A stretch of 64,000 bases of DNA from an uncultured delta proteobacterium (GCA_963745835.1 CAVUZH010000019.1:486360-550359), one strand, 5' to 3'. Positions 52,224-62,406 are shown, counted from the first letter of the stretch. The notes: a model not told the origin generated them from the sequence alone. A program made the numbers and translations.

Positions 52224-52862
52224 TTAGACCCATCGTGCTGATGAAGAATTTTCCTGTAAATCCAATTCCGCGCGGACTAATACGCGTTGCGGCTTTCGCA
52301 CCATCGGAAAGAGAGGCGGCGATGAGCCGACCTGAATCGTCCCGAGTAACTCAAACCCGTGCCGCTGATAGAGTGGGATATTCTTTGGGTTCGACGATTC
52401 CAGGTAAGCGAGCTTGTCGTCGCGATCGCAGCGCGCAAGCGCCTGTTTCAGCAATGCCGAGCCGTAGCCTTTGCCCTGATGGGCAGGATCGACACCGATC
52501 ATCGGCAAATACCAATGCGGCTCGGTCGGATGATAAGCATCCATCTGTTCGAGCACGCCAAACACGCCTGCCTGGTCAGGTTCAGGAATCGTCTGCTGGA
52601 GCAATTCGATCAGCGCCTTCTCTTCTGAATGAATTCCTGGCGGCAACCAAAGCGCGACGCCAGAATAATCTTCCACACACTCGGCGCTGCCCTGCTCAAA
52701 GGCGGCCCCGGCAAATGCTCTGACAAACCGCGGGAAGTTGGTCAGGTATTGATGCGGGTTAGTGTAGAGCCATCGCGCTGCAGGATCGGCACTGAACGCC
52801 AGCACGATTGCGTGAACGGCGGCATTCTCCTCCGACACCGGTACAGTATTGGGCGTAATCAT
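52224..52862 (-). CDS. GNAT acetyltransferase (puromycin N-acetyltransferase-like)
   Basis: AFSADP, LWLPPG, HWYL..IGVDPAHQGKGYGSAL, YLESS...N..LYQRHGF. Confidence 0.9.
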   Translation of the reverse strand: MITPNTVPVSEENAAVHAIVLAFSADPAARWLYTNPHQYLTNFPRFVRAFAGAAFEQGSAECVEDYSGVALWLPPGIHSEEKALIELLQQTIPEPDQAGVFGVLEQMDAYHPTEPHWYLPMIGVDPAHQGKGYGSALLKQALARCDRDDKLAYLESSNPKNIPLYQRHGFELLGTIQVGSSPPLFPMVRKPQRVLVRAELDLQENSSSARWV

Positions 52863-52933
52863 TGATTTTCTCCTACGATCACCTTTGCGTTTCTACTTCG
52901 TGTCCTTTGCGCCCTCGTGATTGTCTAATCCGA

Positions 52934-53506
52934 TCAATTTTCGACCTGCAGCCTGGCGTCAATCCGCACTGGCTGCGAAACGTTGAAATAGTTGGGCGAT
53001 GTCTTGATGACATTCTCATGAATTTCCTGGAACTGCTCCGGCGTGCCATTGCCGGCAATCCGAACCACGGATTGCAGCGATTCGTAACCGGGCTTAACCT
53101 TTGTATCGAGCCCGAGGAAGCCACGAAGATCCAGACTGCCGCTGGTTTCGATTTCCAATTTACTCAACGTTATTCCATTCACCGCCGCGCCCGCCACATA
53201 ACCGACCGAGATGCAGGCATTGAGCGCCGCCATCAGTAGCTCTTGCGGATTCGGTGAGGTGTTTTCGCCTAGAAGCTCGAGCGGTTCGTCCGCCTTGATC
53301 GTGAAGCGGCGTTTGATTTCATTGCCGTTGAGTTTGTAGGAATCCACCACGGTCTCGGAGCGGGTTTGTCCTTTCCAGCCGGTTTTTACCTTGAATTCTA
53401 CAATGCCTTTTGCAGGGTCTCTTTTGACCTCTTCGATAACTTCGTGCAGGGCATCGACGTCGACACCGTTCACGGTTCCGATATTTCTCGCTTCAAGTGC
53501 AGACAT
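52934..53506 (-). CDS. OsmC-family protein
   Basis: VNGVDV, ADEP.ELLG.N..PNPQELLMAALNAC, DLRGFLG. Confidence 0.9.
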   Translation of the reverse strand: MSALEARNIGTVNGVDVDALHEVIEEVKRDPAKGIVEFKVKTGWKGQTRSETVVDSYKLNGNEIKRRFTIKADEPLELLGENTSPNPQELLMAALNACISVGYVAGAAVNGITLSKLEIETSGSLDLRGFLGLDTKVKPGYESLQSVVRIAGNGTPEQFQEIHENVIKTSPNYFNVSQPVRIDARLQVEN

Positions 53507-53579
53507 GTCTTTCTCCTTTTTTCTTTCGGGTTATTGGCCTTAGCAACTGCCGCGAAAGTTTTACAAGATTTGGTACAGA

Positions 53580-54962
53580 TCAGGGTCTGATGTTTTGATT
53601 ATTATGAAAAACATTGTCCGGATCGTAGCGTCTTTTGATCTCGACCAGGCGCTCGTAGTTGGAGCCATAAGCCGCCGCGATCCGGTCGCCCTCCTCGGCG
53701 GTCATAAAATTTACGTAAGCGCCGGCCGATGCATAAGGCGCACTGGCTTTAAAGAACTCGCGCGCCCACGCGATGCATTTCTGGTCGTCTTTCGCTTCGT
53801 CCCAGCGGCCATGCACGTTCAGCACGAACTTCGCGTCCCTAGCGGCATAGGCCATCGAATTGGGGGCGATACGGTTCGGCGCGCCGGCAATCAGGCCGAT
53901 GAAAATTTCGCACTGCGGCGAGGGCAGACTCCCGGCAAACTCAATAATTGAATTCAACGCTCCGTCGGCAAGCTGTGTGAAGTTATGGGACTTCCAATAG
54001 TTCCTTGCACCGGGGGCGAGCAAGGGGTCGAACGCCTTCTGCCAGTCGGCGTAAGACTGAGCCCCGATGTGCTCGCCGAGGACATCGCCGAAGGCGCGCA
54101 CAGGAGCGATGAGTGTCTCCCCTTCCGCTACGGCACCGCAGTAGAAGATAGGCAACACGACCACTTCTTTGCCGTGCACGTTTTCCGGAAGAAAGGGCAA
54201 TGGAGGAGCCTGGCGCAGCACGGCCCAGACATTGAGCTCCTCGGGTGCCGAATTTATGAATTGACGATACTCGGTGAGTATCTGTCGGGCCTGGCTGAAC
54301 GGAAAAACTATCAACCCCGCGAGAATTTTGGGCCCCACCGGAAAGAGTTGGAATTCGAATTGGGTGACCACGCCAAAGTTTCCGCCGCCGCCTCGAAGTG
54401 CCCAGAAAAGATCCGGGTTTTCTTTTTCACTCGCGCGTATTTTCTTGCCATCGGCCGTGATCATATCGACGGAGACAAGATTGTCGATGGTCATGCCGTA
54501 TTTGCGAGTCAGCCAGCCGAAGCCGCCGCCTAGAGTTAGTCCGGCAATGCCGGTGGTGGAATTAATCCCCACCGGGGTGGCCAGACCATGCACCTGGGTC
54601 GCCTGATCCAGATCCGCAAGCGTCGCGCCAGGCTCGACATACGCGCGCTTCTTAGCGGCGTCTACCCGGACGTTCTTCATGTTCGAAAAGTCGATCGTCA
54701 GGGCGCCGTCAGAGAGGGCGTTTCCGGCGATATTATGCCCGCCACCGCGAATCGAAATTTCCAGTTTGTTCTTCCGCGCAAATGCGATCGCGGGTGACAC
54801 GTCGTCAGCCTCGGCGCACTGCACGATCAGCGCCGGCCGGCGATCGATCATGGCGTTCCATATCCGGCGAGCTTCCTCGTATCGCGGTTCATCTGGAATT
54901 AGCACGGGGCCTTTGACCGTGCCGCTGAGCTGGTCTTTCGCGTTTGATGCCTGCAGGTTCAT
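53580..54962 (-). CDS. FAD-linked oxidase (BBE-like)
   Basis: RGGGH covalent-FAD His, GLTLGGG, DLFWALRGGGGNFG, YVNF...RL.EIKRRYDP. Confidence 0.92.
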   Translation of the reverse strand: MNLQASNAKDQLSGTVKGPVLIPDEPRYEEARRIWNAMIDRRPALIVQCAEADDVSPAIAFARKNKLEISIRGGGHNIAGNALSDGALTIDFSNMKNVRVDAAKKRAYVEPGATLADLDQATQVHGLATPVGINSTTGIAGLTLGGGFGWLTRKYGMTIDNLVSVDMITADGKKIRASEKENPDLFWALRGGGGNFGVVTQFEFQLFPVGPKILAGLIVFPFSQARQILTEYRQFINSAPEELNVWAVLRQAPPLPFLPENVHGKEVVVLPIFYCGAVAEGETLIAPVRAFGDVLGEHIGAQSYADWQKAFDPLLAPGARNYWKSHNFTQLADGALNSIIEFAGSLPSPQCEIFIGLIAGAPNRIAPNSMAYAARDAKFVLNVHGRWDEAKDDQKCIAWAREFFKASAPYASAGAYVNFMTAEEGDRIAAAYGSNYERLVEIKRRYDPDNVFHNNQNIRP

Positions 54963-54994
54963 AATCTTGATCTCCTTGTTAGATTTTCTCGCCT

Positions 54995-55906
54995 TCAGCA
55001 AAAAGCCGGCGCCATTTCTTCAATCTGTTTGCGTGCCCCCGGTTTGATCGCCTCGACTGTGGCGAGGAAGTTCGGATGCGTCATGCCGGTACCGAGATAA
55101 GTCCAGCGCATTCCCTTCAGCACAGCATTCTTGACCTGCTCGCGCTCGGTGCTGGACAGATCTCTGCCGGTCGCTTGCACGAAACTCTCGACATCGAACT
55201 CGGCCTGCTGCTGAATGCCTCTATCGAGGAATGCTCCGATATCGGCGTATTCGGCAAAAGCCTGGTCAATCTCCTGGGCGGTGGAATTGACGACGACTTC
55301 CTCAACCATCAGGGTATCGAGCTTGGTGTGTTGGGATTCTTCCAGCCAATGATGCTTGAGCAGGCTCTTGAACTGAGTGTCAAGTTCCTGGCTGTCGCGC
55401 ACGCCTTCGATATAGTGCCTGAGGGTAATCCATTCGATGTGGAGGATCGCGATGCCGGTCCCGAGAGGGCTGTGCGACAACACAAAACGCGAGATATCCT
55501 CAGCCGGTCCGATGAAGTCGCACTTGCTGCCGAAGCCTGCCTCGAATTCTTGGCGGAAGCGCTTGAACAGGTGAATGTGCTTGGCTTCCTCGCCAGCAAA
55601 TTGAAGCAGCGCGCGCACGCGGTAGTCATCGCCAGAAAGCTGCGGACGGGCATGATCGACCACGTAAGGAAGAATAAACTCCTCGACCAGACCGAACATC
55701 GACAGATACTCATGTCCGCGGATCTGGTTCAGTGTCACTTGCTGCTCTGGCGTGAGGAAGGATAGCTGCTTTACCTGCGCCAAGGATTCGGGCATGAACG
55801 GTTTGGTGAAGTCGAGCTTTTTATCGCCGCCGATAAGGTCGTCCACTTTCCACCCTATGCGCTCCGATGCAGCCAGTGCCAATTGATATGTGTAGTTGTG
55901 TCCCAT
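54995..55906 (-). CDS. Ferritin-like diiron (AurF-like) protein
   Basis: VEE, EEAKH, IE, EESQH carboxylate/His pattern; AAGGAG RBS. Confidence 0.7.
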   Translation of the reverse strand: MGHNYTYQLALAASERIGWKVDDLIGGDKKLDFTKPFMPESLAQVKQLSFLTPEQQVTLNQIRGHEYLSMFGLVEEFILPYVVDHARPQLSGDDYRVRALLQFAGEEAKHIHLFKRFRQEFEAGFGSKCDFIGPAEDISRFVLSHSPLGTGIAILHIEWITLRHYIEGVRDSQELDTQFKSLLKHHWLEESQHTKLDTLMVEEVVVNSTAQEIDQAFAEYADIGAFLDRGIQQQAEFDVESFVQATGRDLSSTEREQVKNAVLKGMRWTYLGTGMTHPNFLATVEAIKPGARKQIEEMAPAFC

Positions 55907-55943
55907 TTTTTTCTCCTTTTCAGAGCAGTTATCGATCTCTAGC

Positions 55944-55958
55944 GCAGCTTGTGTGCCA
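55944..55958 (-). promoter_or_regulatory. sigma54 promoter of the diiron-to-methyltransferase operon
   Basis: TGGCAC-ACAAG-CTGC, 37 nt upstream of the ATG, with a bEBP gene adjacent. Confidence 0.75.
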
Positions 55959-56027
55959 GATTCTTATGCTTCGAAGTTGTGGAATGATATCGAAGGGATA
56001 GCTAGATTAGAACGATTCATGATTCAC

Positions 56028-56080
56028 TGTGAGATCTCGCAAGTTATGAAATCTCACGGTGCTAGTTGTGAGATCTCACA
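56028..56080. promoter_or_regulatory. Three palindromic upstream activator sites
   Basis: TGTGAGATCTCGCA (56028), TATGAAATCTCACG (56045), perfect TGTGAGATCTCACA (56067). Confidence 0.7.
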
Positions 56081-56208
56081 CCCGGTATCTCGTTTCACGA
56101 ACCGGCGGAACGAATCGGCAGTCAGTTTAAAGACGGGTGAAAAGTCAGGTTCTGAAATGGAACGGCGCGGCACTCTGCCGAGTACGCTGAGCCAACAAAG
56201 ACGAACAC

Positions 56209-58161
56209 TTACCTCGGGCGTTGTATTCCGAGAGCGCGGATGCGGGAATTGAGAGTAGACGGATTGATTCCGAGCATGCTCGCCGCGCCGTCCCTGCCGG
56301 CGACACGCCAGCCCGATGAGTCGAGAGCGCGCAAAATGTTCTCTCGCTCCAGTTGCTGAAGCTCGCGAATCGGCAGAATTCGCTGCGCCGGCTGGATCAC
56401 GCTTTCAATGGCCGGTACCGTTCCAGCAGCGACCTCCGAGGGGATTTCCGGCAGAGCCCGGTCAAGGTTGATAGACCCATCCCGGGAGGTAATCACAGCC
56501 CGCTCGATCACATTCTGTAACTCACGCACATTGCCCGGCCAGGAATAAGCCTTCAAACGTTTCTTGATCTCTTGTGAAAGAGACTCGATGCGCTTACCCA
56601 TACGCTGCGCGAATTTGGCGGCAAACTCCGATGCCAGAATCACGACATCTTCGTTTCTTTCACGCAATGGCGGCATATTGATCGGAAACACGTTCAAACG
56701 ATAGTATAAATCCTCGCGAAAACGCCCTTCGCGTATCGCCCTTTTGAGGTCGCGGTTGGTTGCCGCGATGACACGCACATTCACTTTGCGCAGATGGGAG
56801 CCCCCGACGGGAGTGAATTCGCCTTCCTGCAAAACCCGCAACAGCTTGGCCTGTAAATCGAGCGAAAGCTCGCCCACCTCGTCCAGAAAGATCGTGCCGC
56901 CGTCGGCCAAAGCAAAACATCCCTCGCGTCTCTGCGTCGCACCGGTAAAGGCGCCCTTCTCATGCCCGAAAAACTCGCTCTCCATGAGCGCGGCTGGGAT
57001 CGCGGCGCAATTGATCGTGATCAGGGGTTTGTCGGCGCGACGGCTGGAGCCTTTAATCGCCCTGGCGATCAATTCTTTGCCGGTGCCGGTTTCGCCAAGA
57101 ATCAGGACCGTGGTGTCGCCGACCGCGACTTGCTCGACATCCTCCAGCACCGTCTTAAGCGCGGCGCTTTGCCCGATAATTTGCTCAAAGCCGCCAAGCT
57201 TGTTAAGCGCTTCACGCAGATATTCGGCTTCGGCGGTGAGAGAGTTAATTTTCCGGTCGGCTTCGATTCGCTCATTGATGTTTCTCAAGATCACGGTGTA
57301 GAAGGTTTGCCTGCCAATTTCGAAGCACGAGATGGTGGCTTCTGCTGGAAACTCATTACCACCGCTCGCCACTCCGCGTAATCCGCCCGGAACCCATGCA
57401 GAGCGGCGTTCCGGGGGACACGGCTTGAACTCATCGATGAGCCTCAAGATCGTTTGATAGCTCTTGCTTGAAACGAACCGACTGAATTCACCGCCAACTG
57501 CCTGCCGCGCCGGACACTGAAATGCCTGCTCGGCGGCGGGATTCACTCGGGTCACTTTGAGATTCTGATCAAGCTCGATAATCGCATCCATGGCGCTGTC
57601 AAATAGGCGCCGTAACTTCTCCTCGCGCTCTCGGACCTGTTTTTCGACGCTTTGCCGTTGCAACTCGGCCGCGGCTCTGGCGGCGAAGATTCTAAATAGA
57701 GCCTGAACCTTGGGTTCTTCTGGAATTGGCCGTCGATCGATCACCGCAAGATGGCCGAGAATTTTGCCATCGACGTCCTTCAGGGGCATTCCCAGATAGC
57801 TCACCGCGTTGATCGCGGTTATGTCCGGATCGTCTGGAAAGAGTTTAAAAAGATTATCGGGAAAATGAACTATATCGGCGCTGTCGATCACTTTTTCACA
57901 AGGGGTGCCGGCAATATCGGTTTCGTAGTCTTTTATCCATTGCCCATCCATCCAAAAGGCAAGGGCGCGCAGCCGGCGGCGTTCCTGGATGTATTCAGTG
58001 ACCCAGGCGCCGTGAGTGCTCAGCGCTCGCGCCAGATTTTCAACTAGCGCGGCAAAAAACCGCTCGCCGGTCTCATTTGCGGTGCCTTCCAGTATCGTCC
58101 GGAGCGCGAACTCTTCATCCAGCGCGGCGAGGGGGGTTATTCCAGGATCTTCGTTAATCAT
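56209..58161 (-). CDS. sigma54-dependent activator (GAF-PAS-AAA-HTH)
   Basis: GETGTGKE, GAFTGA, FLDEVGE, WPGNVRELQN, C-terminal Fis-type HTH. Confidence 0.95.
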   Translation of the reverse strand: MINEDPGITPLAALDEEFALRTILEGTANETGERFFAALVENLARALSTHGAWVTEYIQERRRLRALAFWMDGQWIKDYETDIAGTPCEKVIDSADIVHFPDNLFKLFPDDPDITAINAVSYLGMPLKDVDGKILGHLAVIDRRPIPEEPKVQALFRIFAARAAAELQRQSVEKQVREREEKLRRLFDSAMDAIIELDQNLKVTRVNPAAEQAFQCPARQAVGGEFSRFVSSKSYQTILRLIDEFKPCPPERRSAWVPGGLRGVASGGNEFPAEATISCFEIGRQTFYTVILRNINERIEADRKINSLTAEAEYLREALNKLGGFEQIIGQSAALKTVLEDVEQVAVGDTTVLILGETGTGKELIARAIKGSSRRADKPLITINCAAIPAALMESEFFGHEKGAFTGATQRREGCFALADGGTIFLDEVGELSLDLQAKLLRVLQEGEFTPVGGSHLRKVNVRVIAATNRDLKRAIREGRFREDLYYRLNVFPINMPPLRERNEDVVILASEFAAKFAQRMGKRIESLSQEIKKRLKAYSWPGNVRELQNVIERAVITSRDGSINLDRALPEIPSEVAAGTVPAIESVIQPAQRILPIRELQQLERENILRALDSSGWRVAGRDGAASMLGINPSTLNSRIRALGIQRPR

Positions 58162-58314
58162 AAAAACACCTCGGCAACCCTCGGAAGGGTAATACCAGCC
58201 TGGGCGCCTAGTCCTCAGAACAGCCGTAATATCCGGGACCCATTTGCTTGTGTCAAGCGCTGGAACTGCCGTCTAACAGCGCTCAATCGGCTGGATCAGA
58301 ATCTTGAACCGTAA

Positions 58315-59181
58315 TCACCGGCTGGTAATCGTCACGATGCCTGCGAACATGATAAGCGCGCCAAACACGATGCGCCGGTTGACCGTTTCCACCTTGCGCA
58401 GGAAAAGAACACTTAACAGCACGGTAAATAGCGGTGTGGTATTCAAGAGCGGAATAATCACCGACAACTCGCCTCTCCCTAATGCGACAAAATTGAGGAC
58501 TTGAGCTGCCGTTGCCAGCAGCGCCGCCGCGAGAAAAAATGAAAAACCCTGGCGTTCCATGCGCAGCGACTTGGCTCTGCCGGTAATCAGCACAAAAATC
58601 AAAAACAGAACCAGCGAAACGGTGGTGACGATCGCTACGGCAACAAACGGATCGGGTAAAATTTTCAGCCCTTGCTTGCGCAAGCTTTGCGAGATAGCAG
58701 AAACCAACGCCGCGGTGATCGGGAAAGCGGTATCGAGGAGTCGCCACTTTGCCGCGCCGTCGTGCTGACCAGAGATCAACCAGAGACTTGTCATGATCAG
58801 TATCGTGCCCATATAAACCAGCGCGCCGGGCTCTTCGCGCAAAAAACTCACGCCAATAATCGTCGCAAACAACGGCTCTGTGCCGCGCAGCGGACCGGCG
58901 CGAGCGACGCCGATTCGGGTAATTCCTTCATAGAACAGGGCTCGCGCCAGCAACGGTTGCACGCAACCGCTGATGACAAAATAGATCATCGCCGGCGAGG
59001 ACAGGAACTCGAGCGAGGTGGTGGCAATCAGGTAGCTCCACATGCACGCGGTCGAGACCGCGAAGCTCATCAACATCGCTGCGAAGATGTTGGATCGCCG
59101 TAAGCCCAGCCGGACCAGAACAGAATCGGACGCCCAGCCCATCGCGGAGAAAATAGCTGTGATTTCAGCAAGTAGAGACAT
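58315..59181 (-). CDS. DMT/EamA-family transporter
   Basis: About 10 TM segments in two repeats (PLFA..FLRE, PLFT..FLR). Confidence 0.85.
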   Translation of the reverse strand: MSLLAEITAIFSAMGWASDSVLVRLGLRRSNIFAAMLMSFAVSTACMWSYLIATTSLEFLSSPAMIYFVISGCVQPLLARALFYEGITRIGVARAGPLRGTEPLFATIIGVSFLREEPGALVYMGTILIMTSLWLISGQHDGAAKWRLLDTAFPITAALVSAISQSLRKQGLKILPDPFVAVAIVTTVSLVLFLIFVLITGRAKSLRMERQGFSFFLAAALLATAAQVLNFVALGRGELSVIIPLLNTTPLFTVLLSVLFLRKVETVNRRIVFGALIMFAGIVTITSR

Positions 59182-59354
59182 GGGCGCGCCAAGATGTGGG
59201 AGATCCAGATAAACCCACGTCCTGATTATTTGCAACCGCCAAAATTCGGCATGAAGCGGCGTGTTTCTTCGATCGTGTATTGCACAATAGCGACGACCTG
59301 ACCTAGAATCGTGCCCGGTAGCGATGGAACAACCAACAACTAACAGGAGGGGTT

Positions 59355-59804
59355 ATGGAAAACGGCAAACAAACCGAAGCAAAAGTGGTTATGTTGCGAA
59401 CTCAATTGGTGAAGGAGGGGCACACGCGCAACCTGCTGGCGGAAACAGATTTAATGACATTGCGTATCCATTGCTACGCCCCGGGCATCGGCGAGAACGC
59501 GCTCCACTCCCACACCAAAGAGGATCATATTTTCCTGGTTCTTGAAGGAACCGCTGAATTCAACACCGGTCGCGACGGCAAAACCGTTCTCAATGCGAGC
59601 AAGCATCAAGCGATCGTTCTTCCAGCGGGTTGCTACTATCAGTTTCGCAATTCCGGAGATACCCCTCTGGTGATGACTCGAATCGGCGCCGGTCCGGATA
59701 AACAGGATCAGCGTCTGAACCCGGACGGCACACCGATTCCTGGAAGAACTCACGAGCAAGGCGCGGCAAAGCCGGTGCTGATTGAAGGAGCCTTTTTCGA
59801 ATAA
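59355..59804 (+). CDS. Cupin-domain protein
   Basis: GENALHSH..EDHIFLVLEG, LPAGCYYQF; AGGAGG RBS. Confidence 0.85.
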   Translation: MENGKQTEAKVVMLRTQLVKEGHTRNLLAETDLMTLRIHCYAPGIGENALHSHTKEDHIFLVLEGTAEFNTGRDGKTVLNASKHQAIVLPAGCYYQFRNSGDTPLVMTRIGAGPDKQDQRLNPDGTPIPGRTHEQGAAKPVLIEGAFFE

Positions 59805-59886
59805 TGTGACGGAATTTACAGAAGGCAATTACCCGCAGAAACCTAGACGTGAACTGCGGCATTGCGGCGATGCCGCAGTTCACTAT

Positions 59887-60093
59887 TCAAGCTATTTTCA
59901 TGCGCTCGATGGTAACCTGAAGCTCCCTCAGCTCAGTCACCAACCATTCGTCCTTCAGCCGGTGCCGGGCAAGATGCGGCTTCAAAAGTGAACTGGGATA
60001 AATCTTGGCGCCACACTCGGCGCACTTTGCCGCATGCAATTTCTTGTTGGCGATTGATATCGCCACCTGGTTGCTCGCCAGTGCTGTTCGCAT
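59887..60093 (-). CDS. 68-aa C2H2 zinc-finger protein
   Basis: C-AE-C-x12-H-LAR-H; AAGGAG RBS; sigma54 promoter upstream. Confidence 0.7.
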   Translation of the reverse strand: MRTALASNQVAISIANKKLHAAKCAECGAKIYPSSLLKPHLARHRLKDEWLVTELRELQVTIERMKIA

Positions 60094-60133
60094 GTGCAGT
60101 CTCCTTAGTTGAAAAATTTGGAACGGTCATTGA

Positions 60134-60148
60134 GCAATGCTGATGCCA
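60134..60148 (-). promoter_or_regulatory. sigma54 -24/-12 promoter
   Basis: TGGCAT-CAGCA-TTGC; palindrome TCGTGACA-acc-TGTCACGA at 60251-60269 is a candidate UAS. Confidence 0.75.
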
Positions 60149-60352
60149 ATAGCATCTTGCGAACGAACGCAACTGGTGATGCGGGTTTTTGATTCCATTA
60201 ACGTTATATCCGGTTCTTCCACTGCTCGATCTGACAGTAATCGTTTGACATCGTGACAACCTGTCACGACTCGATCCTGGCCGCGCTTCAATTGATAAAC
60301 GCGGATGCAGTTACCGAACGGGAACGGTTGGTGGCTAGATGCGCGGCGGCGC

Positions 60353-61330
60353 TCAAGAATGAGCAAATAACTTCTTCACTGATTGGACAATTCGCTTCTG
60401 GCCAGGGAGAAATTCTTTCTCCAATGCCGGGCTGGCGGGAACCGGAGCGAACGGAGCCGCGACACGCAGAATTGGCGCGTCCAGATAGTAAAGCGCATGT
60501 TGTTGAACAGCCGCGGTAATTTCCGCGCCCACCCCGCCCTGTTCCACGGCTTCGTGCGCGACAACCATGCGCCCGGTCTTTCTGACGGATTCGACGATAG
60601 TTCTGATATCCAGAGGTGCAACGCTGCGCAGGTCGATCACCTCCGCGGAAATTCCGCTGGCGGCCAATTCATCGGCTGCTGCCAATGCCGCGCCCACCAT
60701 ATTTGCCAGCGCGACAATAGTGACTTGTTGACCGGCATGCAGAACCGCCGCCTGGCCGATCGGCACCAGATGATCGCCGTTCGGCACGTCGCCGCGGGCC
60801 CAGTACAAACCACGATGCTCGATAAAGACCACCGGATTGTCGTCACGAATGGCGGCCTTGAGCAGCCCTTTGGCGTCGGCGGGATTTGACGGCATCACAA
60901 CCTGCAATCCCGGAACGTGCGCCAGCCACGACTCCAGGCTTTGTGAATGATGCGCGCCCATGGCGCCGCTGATGCCGCATTGCACGCGCACAGTTAACGG
61001 GATCGCGAGCTGGCCGCCGGACATGTAATAGAGCTTGGCCGCATGATTAACCAGTTGATCGAGAGCGAGCGTGATGAAATCGATGAACATGATCTCAATC
61101 ACCGGGCGCAATCCTGCCGTAGCGGCGCCAATGGCCAACCCCATGACCGTGCCTTCGCTGATTGGCGTGTTGACCACGCGTTGGCGCCCGAAGTCTTCCG
61201 CCAATCCTTTGGTGACGCCGAAGGGTCCGCCGAGTGAAACGTCTTCGCCGAAAACGTAAACCGCCGAGTCGCGGCTCATCTCTTCGTGAAGTCCGGCGCG
61301 AATCGCTTCTAAAAACGTCTGCTCTGACAT
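60353..61330 (-). CDS. 2-oxoacid/acetoin dehydrogenase E1 beta subunit
   Basis: GEDV, RVVNTPISE, GAHHSQSLE, EVIDLRS; start MSEQTF. Confidence 0.92.
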   Translation of the reverse strand: MSEQTFLEAIRAGLHEEMSRDSAVYVFGEDVSLGGPFGVTKGLAEDFGRQRVVNTPISEGTVMGLAIGAATAGLRPVIEIMFIDFITLALDQLVNHAAKLYYMSGGQLAIPLTVRVQCGISGAMGAHHSQSLESWLAHVPGLQVVMPSNPADAKGLLKAAIRDDNPVVFIEHRGLYWARGDVPNGDHLVPIGQAAVLHAGQQVTIVALANMVGAALAAADELAASGISAEVIDLRSVAPLDIRTIVESVRKTGRMVVAHEAVEQGGVGAEITAAVQQHALYYLDAPILRVAAPFAPVPASPALEKEFLPGQKRIVQSVKKLFAHS

Positions 61331-61413
61331 ATTCGATTTGGTTCCAAATGTTGAAGAAGAGGTTGCTACTTCCACACGCGTTTCGTCGACGACATTGTCT
61401 CGGACCCTGGGAA

Positions 61414-62406
61414 TCAACTAAAAAAAGGCTGGGAGTTAATTGTGGTAACTTGAGTCGCGACTTCCTCGCTGGCTGGCCACGATGATGAGAGGGAAAAGCT
61501 GGCGGCTTCTTCAACCCGGGCGCGGGCTTCAGATTCAATCGCTTGAAGTCCCCTATCCGTCATCATCTTCTTGCTTTTCAGCAGGCGCGCGAATCTGGCA
61601 ATCGGATCTTTCTTCTTCCACTCGGAAAGCTGCGACAACTCTCGATATTTGGCGGGGTCGCCTTCATAATGGCCGCGCAGCCGATGCGTTAAACATTCGA
61701 TAAATACCGGTCCTTTGCGTGCGCGTGCGATCTCGAGCGCCTTGCTTGTCGCCGAACGCACGGCTAAGAGATCGTTGCCGTCCACCGTGCTGCTGGGGAT
61801 CCCATAAGTCTTTGCATGCTGCGCCAACCGCTCGATCTTCGTATGCGCCGATAGCGGTGTGAATTCCGCATAACCATTGTTCTCGCACACGAAGATCACC
61901 GGTAACTGCCACAAGCTGGCGATGTTCAAAGACTCATGAAACGGACCCGCTTGGCCGGCGCCATCGCCGAAAAAAACCACGGCGACTTGGCCTTGTTTTT
62001 TTTCCTTCCCGGCGAATGCTGCGCCGAGCGCCAACGGTATCGTTCCACCGACCACCCCGGTGGCAGTGATGAAGCCCGCATTCAGCGCGACGATGTGCAT
62101 CGAGCCGCCCTTGCCGCCGCAGTAGCCGGTGGCGCGACCGGCGATTTCCGCCATCAGCCGATTGACTTCCGCTCCTTTGGCCAGGGCATGACCGTGAGAG
62201 CGATGCCCGCCGAATACGAAATCGTCCGGGCGCAGCAAACCGCAGACGCCGACCGCAACCGCTTCTTGGCCGATGCCCAGGTGAAGCAGGCCGACAATCT
62301 GCCTTTCGGCGTAAAGCGCCGAAACTTTTTCCTCAAAAGCGCGAATCAACCACATGCGCCTCAGGAGATCGACGAGATCTTTTGAGCTTTCTTGTTTGCT
62401 GGCCAT
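61414..62406 (-). CDS. 2-oxoacid/acetoin dehydrogenase E1 alpha subunit
   Basis: HL.IGQEA, GKGGSMH, GDGA...ENN, R.RGHYEGD. Confidence 0.92.
   Translation of the reverse strand: MASKQESSKDLVDLLRRMWLIRAFEEKVSALYAERQIVGLLHLGIGQEAVAVGVCGLLRPDDFVFGGHRSHGHALAKGAEVNRLMAEIAGRATGYCGGKGGSMHIVALNAGFITATGVVGGTIPLALGAAFAGKEKKQGQVAVVFFGDGAGQAGPFHESLNIASLWQLPVIFVCENNGYAEFTPLSAHTKIERLAQHAKTYGIPSSTVDGNDLLAVRSATSKALEIARARKGPVFIECLTHRLRGHYEGDPAKYRELSQLSEWKKKDPIARFARLLKSKKMMTDRGLQAIESEARARVEEAASFSLSSSWPASEEVATQVTTINSQPFFS

Noticed and set aside
54995-54997. Cys-TGA end of the diiron gene as a second Sec site
   Set aside because: Readthrough gives only 11 codons running over the next RBS, and no convincing SECIS hairpin is seen.
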